DNA of 64,000 bases. Source: Nitrospirota bacterium. Lineage in GTDB: Bacteria; Nitrospirota; Nitrospiria; Nitrospirales; Nitrospiraceae. The stretch covers positions 192,001 to 256,000 of the forward strand of contig CAVPBK010000004.1 of NCBI GenBank assembly GCA_963701855.1. Direction: 5' to 3'. The number at the start of each line of letters is the position of its first letter. The first letter of the stretch is position 1. Under the pieces are notes generated by a model. It was not told the origin of the DNA, made no database searches, and saw only the letters and a program-made list of their open reading frames with translations. This document shows positions 51,652 to 63,795 of this stretch, piece by piece. The position numbers and the translations under genes are program-made.

Positions 51652-51681
51652 CGTGAATATCCGGTCTGGCACCTGCACGGT

Positions 51682-54066
51682 TTACGCCGGTTTGCTTGGG
51701 TTGGTCGCGCCCCACGTCCAGTTACGAATCTCCGGCATGTCTTGACCGTGCTTGTCGATGTATTGCTTGTGATCGAGGAGCTTGTCCTTGAGCTGCTGCT
51801 TGAGGTAGAGGCCCTTGTCGCCGGTCTGAGGCAAGCGGTCGATGGTATCCATCGCGAGATGGAAGCGGTCCAGATCATTCAGCACCGTCATGTCGAAGGG
51901 CGTCGTAATGGTGCCCTCTTCCTTATAGCCACGGACATGGATGTTGTCATGGTTGGTACGGCGGTAAGTCAGCCGGTGGATCAACCATGGATAGGCATGA
52001 TAGGCAAAGATGACTGGTTTGTCCTTGGTAAAGAGCTCGTCGAAATCCCTGTCGCTCAACCCGTGGGGGTGCTCGCTCGGTGGCTGTAGCTTCATGAGGT
52101 CGACCACGTTGACCACCCGGATTTTCAGGTCGGGCAGATGCTCGCGCAGGATGGAAACGGCGGCGAGCGTCTCCAGCGTGGGTACGTCGCCACAGCAGGC
52201 CATGACCACGTCGGGCGCAACGGCCTGGTCGTTGCTGGCCCACTGCCAAATGCCGATGCCCTCGGTGCAGTGCTTGAGGGCGGCATCCATCGTCAGCCAC
52301 TGCGGCGCCGGATGCTTGCCCGCGACCACGACATTGACGTAATGGCGGCTGCGCAGGCAGTGGGCCATCACCGACAGCAGGCAGTTGGCATCCGGCGGAA
52401 AGTAGACTCGCACCACCTCGGCCTTCTTGTTCACGACGTGGTCGATGAAACCAGGGTCCTGATGGGTGAAGCCGTTGTGATCCTGGCGCCAGACATGCGA
52501 GGTCAGCAGGTAGTTCAGTGAGGCGATCTTGCGCCGCCACGGCAGGTGTGCGGTAACCTTGAGCCACTTGGCGTGCTGGTTGAACATCGAATCGATAATG
52601 TGGATAAACGCCTCGTAGCAGTTGAAGAGCCCATGCCGCCCCGTGAGCAAGTAGCCTTCGAGCCAGCCCTCGCATTGATGTTCGCTGAGCATTTCCATCA
52701 CCCGCCCGGCGGGCGCGAGCCATTCGTCGTCCGCCACGGTCGCGGCGTCCCACTGGCGTCTGGTCACTTCAAACAGCGCCCCCAGGCCGTTGGAAAGCGT
52801 TTCATCGGGACCAAAGACCCGAAAATTGCGCTGCCCAGCGTTGAGCTTCGCCACATCGCGCAGGAATGGCCCGAGCACATGGGTGTCGCCGATGCCGGGC
52901 GCCCCCGGCGCTGGCACGTCGGCCGCGTAGTCGCGGAAATCCGGCATCCGCAGGTCGCGGAGCAGGATGCCGCCGTTGGCATGGGGATTGGCCCCCATGC
53001 GTCGTTCACCCTCGGGCGCAAGTTCGGCCAGTTCCGGTTTCAGACGGCCCTGCTCATTGAAGAGTTTCTCCGGCCGGTAACTCTTGAGCCAATCTTCCAA
53101 CAGCTTGAGGTGTTCGGGATGGGTGGCCGGGTCGGAGAGTGGCACCTGGTGCGCACGGAACGTGCCTTCAATCTGCAAACCATCGACGATCTTCGGTCCC
53201 GTCCAGCCCTTGGGTGAATTGAGGATGATCATCGGCCAGCGCGGACGCGTGGCGTCCTTATTGTTGCGGGCATTGCTCTGGATTTGCCGAATGTCCTCGA
53301 TGGCCTTTTCCAACGTACTGGCCATGAGTTGGTGCATTGCTTCCGGCTCATGACCTTCGACGAAGTGGGGCGTCCAGCCGCAGCCACGGACAAACTGCTC
53401 CAACTCCTCATGTTCGATGCGGGCCAAGATGGTGGGGTTGCTGATCTTGTAGCCATTGAGATGCAGGATCGGCAATACCGCACCGTCAGTAATCGGGTTG
53501 AGAAACTTATTGGACTGCCATGCAGTCGCCAAGGGACCCGTCTCCGCTTCACCGTCGCCGACGACGCAGGCGACGATCAGATCGGGATTGTCGAACACCG
53601 CCCCGAACGAATGGCTAAGGGAATAGCCCAGCTCGCCGCCCTCGTGGATCGAGCCAGGGCACTCTGGCGAGGCGTGGCTGGGAATCCCTCCGGGAAACGA
53701 GAATTGTTTGAAGAGCTTCTGAAGCCCGGACTCATCCTGGCTGATGTCGGGATAGATCTCGCTGTACGTGCCCTCGAGGTACGTGTTGCCCACGACCGCC
53801 GGGCCTCCATGCCCGGGGCCGGAGACGTAAATCATGTTGAGATCGTATTTCTTGATCAACCGGTTCAAGTGCACGTAAATGAAGTTCTGCCCGGGGGTCG
53901 TCCCCCAGTGTCCCAGCAGCATGTGTTTCACATCCGCGAGCACCAGTGGCCGCTTCAGCAGCGGATTATCGCTCAAATAAATCTGGCCGACCGACAGATA
54001 GTTGGCGGCGCGCCAATAACCATCCATCCTGTGGAGCAGTTCCAGTGAAAGAGTTTGTGTCTTCAT
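51682..54066 (-). CDS. xfp: Xylulose-5-P/fructose-6-P phosphoketolase
   Basis: [51 protein letters not shown]. Confidence 0.97.
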   Translation of the reverse strand: MKTQTLSLELLHRMDGYWRAANYLSVGQIYLSDNPLLKRPLVLADVKHMLLGHWGTTPGQNFIYVHLNRLIKKYDLNMIYVSGPGHGGPAVVGNTYLEGTYSEIYPDISQDESGLQKLFKQFSFPGGIPSHASPECPGSIHEGGELGYSLSHSFGAVFDNPDLIVACVVGDGEAETGPLATAWQSNKFLNPITDGAVLPILHLNGYKISNPTILARIEHEELEQFVRGCGWTPHFVEGHEPEAMHQLMASTLEKAIEDIRQIQSNARNNKDATRPRWPMIILNSPKGWTGPKIVDGLQIEGTFRAHQVPLSDPATHPEHLKLLEDWLKSYRPEKLFNEQGRLKPELAELAPEGERRMGANPHANGGILLRDLRMPDFRDYAADVPAPGAPGIGDTHVLGPFLRDVAKLNAGQRNFRVFGPDETLSNGLGALFEVTRRQWDAATVADDEWLAPAGRVMEMLSEHQCEGWLEGYLLTGRHGLFNCYEAFIHIIDSMFNQHAKWLKVTAHLPWRRKIASLNYLLTSHVWRQDHNGFTHQDPGFIDHVVNKKAEVVRVYFPPDANCLLSVMAHCLRSRHYVNVVVAGKHPAPQWLTMDAALKHCTEGIGIWQWASNDQAVAPDVVMACCGDVPTLETLAAVSILREHLPDLKIRVVNVVDLMKLQPPSEHPHGLSDRDFDELFTKDKPVIFAYHAYPWLIHRLTYRRTNHDNIHVRGYKEEGTITTPFDMTVLNDLDRFHLAMDTIDRLPQTGDKGLYLKQQLKDKLLDHKQYIDKHGQDMPEIRNWTWGATNPSKPA

Positions 54067-54141
54067 GGTTTAATTCTCTCTTCCCCGGGCAAAATCGAGA
54101 ACGCAGCAAGGCGTCTTGGCTATCATGCGTTTTGCATCCAT

Positions 54142-54483
54142 TCAAATGGGGCGAACAACCCGGCCGGCCACAGCGGATATAACGCCATTCAGAATCCGGC
54201 GGAGCGAGGCACCAGCCCCGAACAGGGCGAACATGAAACGCCGAAATTGAGCCCGACTGAATGGCCGCTTTTGGCAAAAGACCACCCGGCGTAAATATTC
54301 TTCCAGCGTGAGCTTCCCCACTTCGTACGCTTCGAGGGTCAGGTGATGTTGATCCTCCATCTCGGCCCATTCCAGCTTGAAGGCCGTCGCCGCCCGTTTG
54401 CGGACATGATGATCCCACCCGTTGGTGAGCAGGACACCGCCGACATCCAGAAACAACGTCGTGATCGGGACCGCTCTGTTCAT
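54142..54483 (-). pseudogene. Truncated HAD-superfamily hydrolase
   Basis: Motif I FLDVGGVL is present; no later HAD motifs appear after FRRFMFA (about 54228). Confidence 0.7.
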
Positions 54484-54524
54484 GTGGCCTTCATCAACGC
54501 CGTCAGCCATCGTAGGCAGTTCGC

Positions 54525-56765
54525 TTATCGAGTCAGCAGTATGGCGCTAGACCGAGGGCTCAGGTGGTACGTGTGTGGATCTTCCCAAACAGGTTCCTCT
54601 CCCGGAGCAAACAGGTCCTGTGGCGCGTCGCGAGCGGTGTCAACGGCCACATGCCACTGAGCCTCCGGCAATACGGGGGGTAACCAAAAATCGACCGCAT
54701 CGGCGCCGGCATTAAACATCAGGTAAAGTGCGCACTGCTCATCTTCGTGGATCAGACAAGCAAACTGTTTTTCTTTCGGGTCAGTCCAGTGAGGTAAATC
54801 CCCGTGCGGGCTGAACCAGTGGATCTCAGCATCCGTGTAGAATTCCTCAGCACTCAGCATCCGATGCGCTTGACGAAAGGCGATCATGCCACGGGTGAAG
54901 CGGAAAATTTCCCTATGCTGTTCCAAACAGCTCCAGTCATGCCAGCTCGTTTCGTTGTCCTGGCAGTACGCATTGTTGTTGCCGCGTTGCGTGCGGCGAA
55001 ATTCGTCCCCTCCCAAGAGCATCGGTACGCCGCGCGAGATCAAGAGGCTCAGCATGAAGTTCTTGATCTGACGTTTCCTGATGGACTGGATCTGGCCATC
55101 CGCTGTCTCACCTTCCGCGCCGTAACTCTCGCTGAAGTTGTAGTTTGTCCCGTCATGGTTGTTTTCTCCGTTTGCTTCATTGTGCTTGTCGCGATAGCAC
55201 ACGAGGTCGTTTAGCGTGAAGCCGTCGTGGCAGGTAACGAAATTGATGCTGCTCCCGGGGCCTTTGCCGGACGTGGTGTAGATGTCAGCACTGCCGCAGA
55301 TGCGGCTGGCAAACAAACCGAGCATCCCCTCGTCGCCGCGCCAGAACCGTCGGATGTCATCACGGTACTGACCGTTCCACTCCGCCCAGCGGGGTTCGGA
55401 GAAGTTCCCGACCTCATAGGCTCCGGCAGCATCCCATGCCTCGGCGATGATTTTCACATCCCGCAAGATCGGATCCTCGGCAATCCGCTCGAGCAGCGGG
55501 GGATTGGACAGCACGTTGCCGGTGCGGCCCCGCCCGAGCACCGCGGCCAGGTCAAAACGAAATCCATCGACATGCATCTCCACCACCCAGTAGCGCAACG
55601 CGGTCAAGATGTATTCCCGCACCACAGGATGGTTGGCATTAATGCTGTTGCCGGTGCCCGTGTAGTCCCTATAAGCACGTTTATCGTCCGCCAGCAGATA
55701 GAAGATCGTGTTCTCAATCCCGCGGAAACAGAGCGTGGGCCCCAGCTCGTTTCCCTCGGCTGTGTGATTGAACACCACGTCCAGGATCACCTCGATGCCC
55801 GCCCTATGGAAGGCCTGGACCATTTCCTTGAACTCCAACGTCTGCTGACCCTCCCCTCCCGAACTACTATAAGAGGCTTTCGGTGCACAGAAGGCGACGG
55901 GATCATATCCCCAGTAATTCCCGAGTGGCTGGCCTGTTTGCGGATTGGCGCTTATCGCGTGGTGTTCATTGAATTCTTGCACCGGCATCAGTTCTACGGC
56001 CGTCACCCCCAGTTCCTTGAGATAGGGGATCTTTTCCATGAGGCCCCGATACGTGCCGGGATGCGTCACCCCGGAGCTGGGATGGATCGTGAAGCCACGC
56101 ACATGTGTTTCATAAATGACCATCTTCGACCAGGGGTGTTTGGGCTGACAGGCCCCCTGCCAGTGAAAGTGCTCCTGCGTGAACACGCATTTCGGCATGG
56201 CACCGGCATTATCGACCATCGAACACCCCGCGTCTCCGTCAGGCACAGACGGATCGTATCCCCGAGCCGGAGCGAACTCCCAGGTGGGCAACTTCGAGAT
56301 CGCCGTGGCGAAGGGGTCCAGGAGAAGTTTGTTGAAATTGAAACGATGGCCGTCCGTGGGTTGATACGGGCCGTCCACACGATAGGCATAGAGTTGGCCC
56401 GGGCGAATTCCCTCAACCCAGACGTGCCACACGTCACCAGTGCGATTGCGTGCAGAATCCAGGTCAATCACCCTGCTGGCCGTGGCATCGTCGGGATGAT
56501 CAAACAACTCCAGCCGAACGCGGCTGGCGTGTCGGCTGAAGAACGAAAAGTTCACTCCTTCGCCACGTGCATAGGTGCCCAGAGGCAGTGGCACACCCAC
56601 TCGGACATCAGCACGCTCGCAGACCGCTCTCACATATTCATGCAGAGAACGTTCGGACCTCGCCGGACTCATGGACGCGTGAGACGTTTCTGCAGCCTGG
56701 CCTGATACGGACGGCATCAGGCCTGTGGGCTGTTCCAGTTTGCTCGGTTGTTTTGACTTGTTCAT
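54525..56765 (-). CDS. glgX: Glycogen debranching enzyme (isoamylase)
   Basis: IYETHVRGFT, NYWGY, DVVFNHT, DGFRFDLA, IAEAWD, NFVTCHDGFTL, GNNNAYCQDN. Confidence 0.96.
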   Translation of the reverse strand: MNKSKQPSKLEQPTGLMPSVSGQAAETSHASMSPARSERSLHEYVRAVCERADVRVGVPLPLGTYARGEGVNFSFFSRHASRVRLELFDHPDDATASRVIDLDSARNRTGDVWHVWVEGIRPGQLYAYRVDGPYQPTDGHRFNFNKLLLDPFATAISKLPTWEFAPARGYDPSVPDGDAGCSMVDNAGAMPKCVFTQEHFHWQGACQPKHPWSKMVIYETHVRGFTIHPSSGVTHPGTYRGLMEKIPYLKELGVTAVELMPVQEFNEHHAISANPQTGQPLGNYWGYDPVAFCAPKASYSSSGGEGQQTLEFKEMVQAFHRAGIEVILDVVFNHTAEGNELGPTLCFRGIENTIFYLLADDKRAYRDYTGTGNSINANHPVVREYILTALRYWVVEMHVDGFRFDLAAVLGRGRTGNVLSNPPLLERIAEDPILRDVKIIAEAWDAAGAYEVGNFSEPRWAEWNGQYRDDIRRFWRGDEGMLGLFASRICGSADIYTTSGKGPGSSINFVTCHDGFTLNDLVCYRDKHNEANGENNHDGTNYNFSESYGAEGETADGQIQSIRKRQIKNFMLSLLISRGVPMLLGGDEFRRTQRGNNNAYCQDNETSWHDWSCLEQHREIFRFTRGMIAFRQAHRMLSAEEFYTDAEIHWFSPHGDLPHWTDPKEKQFACLIHEDEQCALYLMFNAGADAVDFWLPPVLPEAQWHVAVDTARDAPQDLFAPGEEPVWEDPHTYHLSPRSSAILLTR

Positions 56766-56804
56766 CGGCGGTCTTCTGTCGTCCTACTCCCGTACGAAGT
56801 TCCG

Positions 56805-59351
56805 TCACCGCTGCCAGAGAATGCGATCGACTTCCAGGGGGACCGCCACACCGGAGCAGTGCGGGATGATGCGCGCCGTATAGTCCGTCGCGAAACGGGC
56901 CGCCGAAACGGATGCACGATAAATCCCCCCGCGCGACTCGCAGGCCAATGGCCGGACGCACGTCATCTCCAGTCGGATCGGATCGCTGCCATTGATTCCA
57001 TCGGCATACAGCTCGACCCGCACGGCCTTCGGGTCGAGGTCGTTGAGATACACCTCTGCCTCAAAGATATGCTGGGCCGCCGTTGTCTGGACCGTCATGT
57101 CGCCGAAATGTAGCGTGCCCCATTTCCCTTTCAGCGTCTGCTCCCAATTGACCACCGCTCTGCCGACCGCACTGTTCTCAGCAGCCCGTTCACGGTAGGC
57201 AGCGGCGGCCGGAAGGTAGTGTCGCTCCACGTATTCGCGCACCGAGCGGTTGGTGGAGAAGTGCGGAGTCAACCGCGCCATGCTTTCCCGCATCCGTGCC
57301 ACCCAGGCGCTGGGGATACCCTCCCCGTCGCGAGCATAAAACTCCGGGATCACCTCGCGTTCGAGTAAGTCATAGAGGGTGTCGGCTTCGATCGCGTCCC
57401 AGGCCGGGTCATCACCATGTTCCTGGCCGTCCCCCAATGCCCACCCTACGTCAGGTGTATAGGCTTCTGCCCACCAGCCGTCCAATTCCGAGAGATTGAG
57501 GCCGCCATTGACGAGCACCTTCATGCCGCTGGTGCCACAGGCCTCCCAGGGGCGTCGTGGGGTGTTCAGCCAGACGTCCGCCCCCTGCACCAGGTGCTCG
57601 GCCAGCAGCGTGTCGTAGTCACTCAGGAACATGATGTGGGAGCGGGTCTCTGGCTGGCGGATGAACTGGATCCATTCCTGAATCAGAGCCTGTCCTGCCC
57701 GATCCTCCGGATGGGCCTTGCCCGCGATAATGAGTTGCACCGGTCGCTGCGAATTCGTCAGCAGTCGCAGCAACCGTCCCGGGTCGTGCAGCAGCAGATT
57801 CGGTCTCTTATAGGTCGCGAACCGGCGGGCAAAGCCCAGTGTCAAAGCATTGGGGTCGAAGAGATGTGTCGCCCCCTCCACCGCCTCTGGCGATGCGCCG
57901 GAGGCGGCTAGTAGCCGGGACAATCGCTCGCGGGCGTAGTCGATGAGGGAATTACGGGCGGTGGTGCGTAGCTGCCAGAGCTGCGCGTCCGAGATGTGGC
58001 GCATAGCCGGCTCCACGTGTTCCGTCGTTCCCCGCCAGCGTTCTTTGCCACAGGCCGCCGTCCAGAGCTCGTCAGCGGCCGCTGAGTCCCAGCTCGACAT
58101 ATGGACACCGTTGGTCACGTGTCCTACCGGGACCTCGCTCTCGGGCCAACGGGAAAAGAGTGGCTGAAAGAGGCGTCGGCTCACCTGGCCATGCAAACGG
58201 CTCACGCCATTGGCCGCCCCGCTCCCCCGGATGGCCAGATAGGCCATATTGAACGGTTCCGACGAGTCGTTCGGGTTCTGGCGGCCCAAGGCCAGCATCT
58301 CGTGGACGGGGATGCCGAGTTTCTGCTCGGCATACCCCCCGAGGTATTGCTTGATGAGCGCCGGAGCAAACCGGTCAAAGCCCGCGGCCACTGCCGTGTG
58401 GGTGGTGAAGAGGTTCCCCGCTCGCGTGACGGCCAGCGCGACGTCGAAGGGCTGCCCAGTCTCGTGCATGAAACTGCCGGCGCGTTCCAACACGGCGAAG
58501 GCCGCATGGCCTTCATTCAAGTGACAGACTTCCGGCTGAATGCCGAGCGCTGTGAGCAGGCGCCATCCACCGATCCCGAGCAGCAGTTCCTGTTTGAGGC
58601 GCAGCTCCGGCCCGCCGCCATAGAGCTCGCTGGTAATGCCTCGATGCGCGGGGAAGTTCGCCGCGTCATTGCTGTCCAGCAGATACAGCTTCACTCGGCC
58701 GACCTGGACTTGCCAGGCGCGCAGCCAGACCGAGTAACCCGGTAACGCGATCTCCAGCCGCAACCACTCGCCGTTCGCTTGGCGCAACGGCGTGATCGGC
58801 AATTGTCCGGGGTCGTTATACGGGAAGAGGGCCTCTTGCGCACCGTCCTTGTCGATCACCTGGCGAAAATAGCCTTGCTGGTACAGCAGTCCCACGCCGA
58901 CCACCGGGGCGCCCAGATCGCTGGCGGCTTTGAGCTGATCGCCGGCCACGTTACCCAGCCCACCCGAGTAGATGGGCAACGCTTCGCTCAACATAAATTC
59001 CATGCTGAAATACGCCACACAGGTCAACGGAGAATGCGGGTAGCTGTGCTGAAACCACGCGGGCGCCTCCGCTGCATCGCGCCTGGTTTGCACCAGATCA
59101 TCAACGTGTGTACGGAAAGCTGGATCGCCTAACACGCGCTCGATCTGGTCACGCGAGACCGTCTGGAGGACCACCCAGGGGTTATGCGTGATCGCCCAGA
59201 GTTCGGGATCAAGCTGCCGCCACACTTCGTCAGTCGCATGATTCCACGACGAACGCAGATCCAGGGCCAGCTCGGCCAGGGCATCGAACCCTTCAATTTC
59301 CGTCGGTAGTAGATGGTAGATCGGGTGGCTGGCACGGGTATGTGTGCTCAT
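56805..59351 (-). CDS. glgP: Alpha-glucan phosphorylase (second, longer copy)
   Basis: YFSMEF, YSGGLG, GFARRFATYKR, EACGTSGMK; 848 aa. Confidence 0.96.
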   Translation of the reverse strand: MSTHTRASHPIYHLLPTEIEGFDALAELALDLRSSWNHATDEVWRQLDPELWAITHNPWVVLQTVSRDQIERVLGDPAFRTHVDDLVQTRRDAAEAPAWFQHSYPHSPLTCVAYFSMEFMLSEALPIYSGGLGNVAGDQLKAASDLGAPVVGVGLLYQQGYFRQVIDKDGAQEALFPYNDPGQLPITPLRQANGEWLRLEIALPGYSVWLRAWQVQVGRVKLYLLDSNDAANFPAHRGITSELYGGGPELRLKQELLLGIGGWRLLTALGIQPEVCHLNEGHAAFAVLERAGSFMHETGQPFDVALAVTRAGNLFTTHTAVAAGFDRFAPALIKQYLGGYAEQKLGIPVHEMLALGRQNPNDSSEPFNMAYLAIRGSGAANGVSRLHGQVSRRLFQPLFSRWPESEVPVGHVTNGVHMSSWDSAAADELWTAACGKERWRGTTEHVEPAMRHISDAQLWQLRTTARNSLIDYARERLSRLLAASGASPEAVEGATHLFDPNALTLGFARRFATYKRPNLLLHDPGRLLRLLTNSQRPVQLIIAGKAHPEDRAGQALIQEWIQFIRQPETRSHIMFLSDYDTLLAEHLVQGADVWLNTPRRPWEACGTSGMKVLVNGGLNLSELDGWWAEAYTPDVGWALGDGQEHGDDPAWDAIEADTLYDLLEREVIPEFYARDGEGIPSAWVARMRESMARLTPHFSTNRSVREYVERHYLPAAAAYRERAAENSAVGRAVVNWEQTLKGKWGTLHFGDMTVQTTAAQHIFEAEVYLNDLDPKAVRVELYADGINGSDPIRLEMTCVRPLACESRGGIYRASVSAARFATDYTARIIPHCSGVAVPLEVDRILWQR

Positions 59352-59392
59352 ATATTTTCCTTCCGTGTTGGCTCGGACGGAATCCCTGACCG

Positions 59393-60613
59393 CTACGGGG
59401 TTGCCGCCAACGCATGAGAGAGTGCTTCTTTACCGACGAGGTGATAACCAGTCGCTGGCGTGACGATGCGTACTTTGTTCCCTTCGAGCAAGGCGGCATT
59501 GGGGTGGGTCACGATGCGGTCGGTTATGGAAATCCCCTCTGTCACCTCGATCGTTCCTGTGAGGATTTTGCCCACAGCGATCGCTTTGAAGTGCACGCGG
59601 TCGTCCTCCGTCACCACGGCCACTTGTGTGCCGTGCTCTTGGAACACCATTGCGCTGGACGGAATCGTGAGAGCAATCCTATGAGTCGGCACCGTAAGAA
59701 GGACCGTGGCATAGGAGTCGGGCCAGAGGGCTTTGTCCTCATTGTCGATCGTGAATTCGGTGACCGCCGTGCGCATCTCCGGATCGAATCCGCGGGCGAC
59801 GGTCCTGAATTTGGCGGTGAAATGACGATCGGGCAATTGCGGCACGGTCACGTTGGCCGTCAGGCCTGGGTTGAGGTAGGCTCCGAACGACTCCGGCATG
59901 TTGACAAATAGGCGCATCCTGCTGACGTCGGCCACAGTAAAGAGGTTGGCGCCCGTGTGGCGATTCGTGATATTGCCTTCCTTCGTGACGTAGTCACCGA
60001 CGTTGACATTGCGTACGGTCACTACGCCGTCGTAGGGCGCGATGATCGTCTTGAACCGGATCATCGCCTCGAAGTTCTTGACGTTCTGCTCCGCTGCGCT
60101 GACCTTCGCCGCTTGGGCTCTTGCCTCCGCCACCTTCACTGTGATCGACTGTTCGGAAACCGCATGGCTTCTGCGCATTGCCACCCAGCGCTTCGCTGTG
60201 ATGTCGGCGAGACCATAGAGGGCGCGCTCCGACGCCAGATCGGCCTGGACCTGTGCATATTGAGCGTCGAGGGCCGGCGCGTTGATATCGGCGAGGATGT
60301 CGCCTTTCTTCACCAGCGCGCCGTAGTCCGCGTACCACATTTTCACATAGCCCGAGACCTGCGCGTAGATCGGCGCCTCAAACCAGGCCACAATATTGCC
60401 TGGGAGCGTAATGGTTTCGGTCGGCGCCATTGGCTGTGCATTGGTGACGGCCACGGTGCGCACGGCGTTTTCGAGCGTCTGCTCGTGCACCGCAGCGGTG
60501 TCGAGCTTGCTCTCAGAGATCCGATAGCCGCCGTACAGCACGCACAGGAGGATCACTGAAATTGTGACGAGTGCCACACGTCTTTCACGCAGGGTCTTCA
60601 TGAGGATGTTCAT
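59393..60613 (-). CDS. RND efflux periplasmic adaptor (membrane fusion protein)
   Basis: N-terminal TM; IYAQVSGYV...G..VKKGDILA and I.APYDGVVT.RNVNVGD. Confidence 0.92.
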   Translation of the reverse strand: MNILMKTLRERRVALVTISVILLCVLYGGYRISESKLDTAAVHEQTLENAVRTVAVTNAQPMAPTETITLPGNIVAWFEAPIYAQVSGYVKMWYADYGALVKKGDILADINAPALDAQYAQVQADLASERALYGLADITAKRWVAMRRSHAVSEQSITVKVAEARAQAAKVSAAEQNVKNFEAMIRFKTIIAPYDGVVTVRNVNVGDYVTKEGNITNRHTGANLFTVADVSRMRLFVNMPESFGAYLNPGLTANVTVPQLPDRHFTAKFRTVARGFDPEMRTAVTEFTIDNEDKALWPDSYATVLLTVPTHRIALTIPSSAMVFQEHGTQVAVVTEDDRVHFKAIAVGKILTGTIEVTEGISITDRIVTHPNAALLEGNKVRIVTPATGYHLVGKEALSHALAATP

Positions 60614-63600
60614 ATGACGTACGGTCCTTTTGGCGAGCGGCTCGACTGCTGTAGATGATGGCGTACACGCAGGGCACGAACAACAGCGTAAAGAAAGTGG
60701 CGACCGTCAAGCCGCCCATGACGGCCCGACCCAGCGGCGCATTCTGGGAATTACTCAGCGACATCGGCAGCATGCCGACGATCATGGCCGATGCGGTCAT
60801 GAGCACCGGACGAATGCGGGCTTTCCCGGCTTCGACCGCGGCCCGCAGCGCGTCGCCGTGCTCTGCAAGCTGTTCGCGGGCATAGGCCACGACGAGAATC
60901 GAATTGGCGGTCGCCATGCCCATCGTCATAATGGCGCCCGTCAGCGCCGGCACTGAAATATTTGTGTGTGTCAGGAACAGCGACCATGCGATGCCCGCCA
61001 ATGCACCGGGCAAGGCCGTAATGATGATGAAGGGGTCGAGCCACGATTGGAAGTTGCCGACGAGCAGGAGATAGATGAGCACGACCGCGGCGATGAGACC
61101 GACCACCAATTCGACATAGGCCGATGTGCATTGATTCGGCCTGGCCATGGATTGTGAGCGCTGCGCCACGGGGTAACTCTTTCTCCATGCGTGTCGCGAC
61201 CTGCTCGACATCTGCCAGCACGCCCCCGAGGTCGCGCCCTTCGGCGGACACATAGATGTCGAACAGCGGCATAATGCTCGCGTGCGTGACCTGGCCAGGC
61301 GTTCCGACCGATGAAACCGAGGCGACATTGCCGAGCAGATGCGTTTTATTTTCCACAGAGTTGAGATTGCCCAGATCGACAGGGATGGTCATCAGATCTT
61401 GAATACTCGTGAGTTGCGGCTGCGGGGTATAGATGTTGACCTGGTAGGAGAGGCCGGTCTTGCGATCGAGCCAATATTGCTGGTCGACCTGTTGGGTGCC
61501 GGACGTCGAAAAGAGCAGATTGTCGGCGATGTCCAATTCGGTCATCTGTATGCTGAGTCCGAAACTGCGATGGCCTTCGACGAAAAGGGTCGGCGTGTGC
61601 ATCGTCTGCTGGATCGTCACGTCGCTGGTGCCATCGATCTTGCTCAACTCACCCGCCAATTTGCGTACGAACTCGTAGTTGGCTTGCATCTCCATGCCGT
61701 TGATCTGGACATCGATCGGCGAGGGCGAGCCGAAGTTGAGAATCTTCGCGGTCAGATCAGCCGGCTGGAACGTGAATTCGGTGCCCGGATAGCGCTCATT
61801 CAAGCCTTTGCGGAGCGTGTGCCGATAGTCCCAGACCGGCGACCTCTCATTCTTCAAAGAGATCGTCAGGTCGCAATCCTGCGTGCCAATCGTCGGCGTC
61901 GGAATGAAGGCGAGGTTATGCGGTCCGACCGGCAGCCCGCAATTGCTGATGATGCCTTCGATCTGACCGGGCAACATCTCCGCGATGTCGTTTGAGACGA
62001 GGGACGCGACGCGGCTTGAGACCTCCAGGCGCGTGCCGAGCGGCGTCCGCATATGCATCTGCAAGGTCCCCGACTTGATCTCGGGGAAGAAGTCGCGCCC
62101 GTTGAAGTAAAACAGGCCGAGGGAGCCAAGCGCGATGGCCAGAGAGATTCCGACGAACGGGCCGCGCTGGACGATCGCCTGTTTGAGCAGCACATTGTAG
62201 TGATCACGGAACCGCTCGAAGCCGCGCTCGAACCCCTGCTGGAGGCGGGCGAAGACGCCCCGCGGTGTCTCCGTTTCGGGCCGCCCGCCGTGCTCATTGG
62301 CCTGCGGTGCGTGGCGTGCTACAAGCATATGTTTCGCCATGGTCGGCACCAGCGTGTACGACAGGACGAAGGAAGCGAGCACCGCGAAGATGACCGCTTT
62401 CGCCATCGGCATGAACAGCCAGCCGGACACGCCGCTGAGCTCGAAGAGCGGGAGCCAGACGATGATGATGCATAAAGTGGCGACGAGCGTCGGGGCGACG
62501 ATCTGATTGGCGGCGTCGATGATCGCCTCTTCGAGCGGTTTGCTCATGGCGAGATGGGTGTCGATATTCTCGATCATCACGGTCGCGTTGTCGACGAGCA
62601 CGCCGACGGCCAGCGCCAATCCGCCCAACGTCATAAGATTGATCGACTCTCCGGCCATTTGCAGACCGATAAGCGAGGTCAGGATGGAGAGCGGGATCGA
62701 GGTGGCGACGATGACCGTCGCCCGCCCTGAGCCGAGCAGCAGGAGCACGATGAGACCGGTCAGCGCGGCGGCGATCAGCATTTCGCGCACGACATCCGTG
62801 ATCGACTCCTTCACGAACATCGAGGCGTCGTTTATGATTTTGACCTGCACGCCCGCAGGCACCACTTTTTCAATGCGCGGGATCGCCTGCTTCACCGCGT
62901 TGACCACGGCCAGGGTCGACGCCTCGCCGCTCTTCATCACGACGATCATGACGGCCTGTTTGCCGTCCACCAGCACGGCGTTTGTTTGCGGAGGGCCGGC
63001 GAGTTGCACATCCGCGACGTCGCGCACATAGATGAAGGAATTTCCCTTTCTCTTGATCGGGATATTGTTGAAGTCCTCGACCTGCATCGGCGAAGCGTTC
63101 GTCTGGACCATCCAGTCCGTCGCCTCGATCTTCTGGTCGCCCGCCGGCAGCACGATGCTCTGATTCCGAAGGGCTTTGTGGATATCACTCGCGGTGAGGT
63201 GACGGGCGAGCAATTTCTGCTGATCGAGCGACACCAGCAGCTGCATGGGCTGACCCCCGTATGGATGCGGCAGGATCGCTCCAGGGATCTCCACAAGCAG
63301 GGGTCGGATTTGCGTGATGGAGAGGTTATAGAGGTCCGCCGGCGTCAGCGTGTCGGAGGTGATTTGGAGCATGGCCACCGGCACCGAGGACGCTTCGAGC
63401 CGCATGATCATGGGCGGCGAAATATCCGGCGGCAGCTGTTTGACGACCGTCTGTGAAATTGCCGCGACCTCGGCCTCGGCGCCGGCGACGTCGATGCCGT
63501 CCTGAAGAAATATATTGGTGATGCTGAATCCGTAGTAGGAGTGGCTTTGGATATGCTTAATGCCTTCGACCGTTGAGGTCAAGGCGCGTTCGAAGAAAAA

Positions 63601-63795
63601 CGTGATGCGGCCGGACACATCGCTCGGCAACAGGCCGGCGTAGGACCAGACCACGGAGATGACGGGAATCTTGATATTCGGAAAGACGTCGGTCGGTGTT
63701 TGGAGCACCGACTTCGTTCCGAACAATATGATTAAGATCGCCAGAACGACGAAGGTGTACGGCCTGCGCAGGGCAATGAGGACAATCTGGTTCAT
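60585..63795 (-). pseudogene. RND permease (AcrB/CzcA superfamily) with a +1 frameshift
   Basis: ALRRPYT and GLALAVGVLVDNATV..EN. An extra base near 61125 shifts into SAYVELVVGL...RIRPVLMT...APLGRAVMGG; start at MNQIV. Confidence 0.85.
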
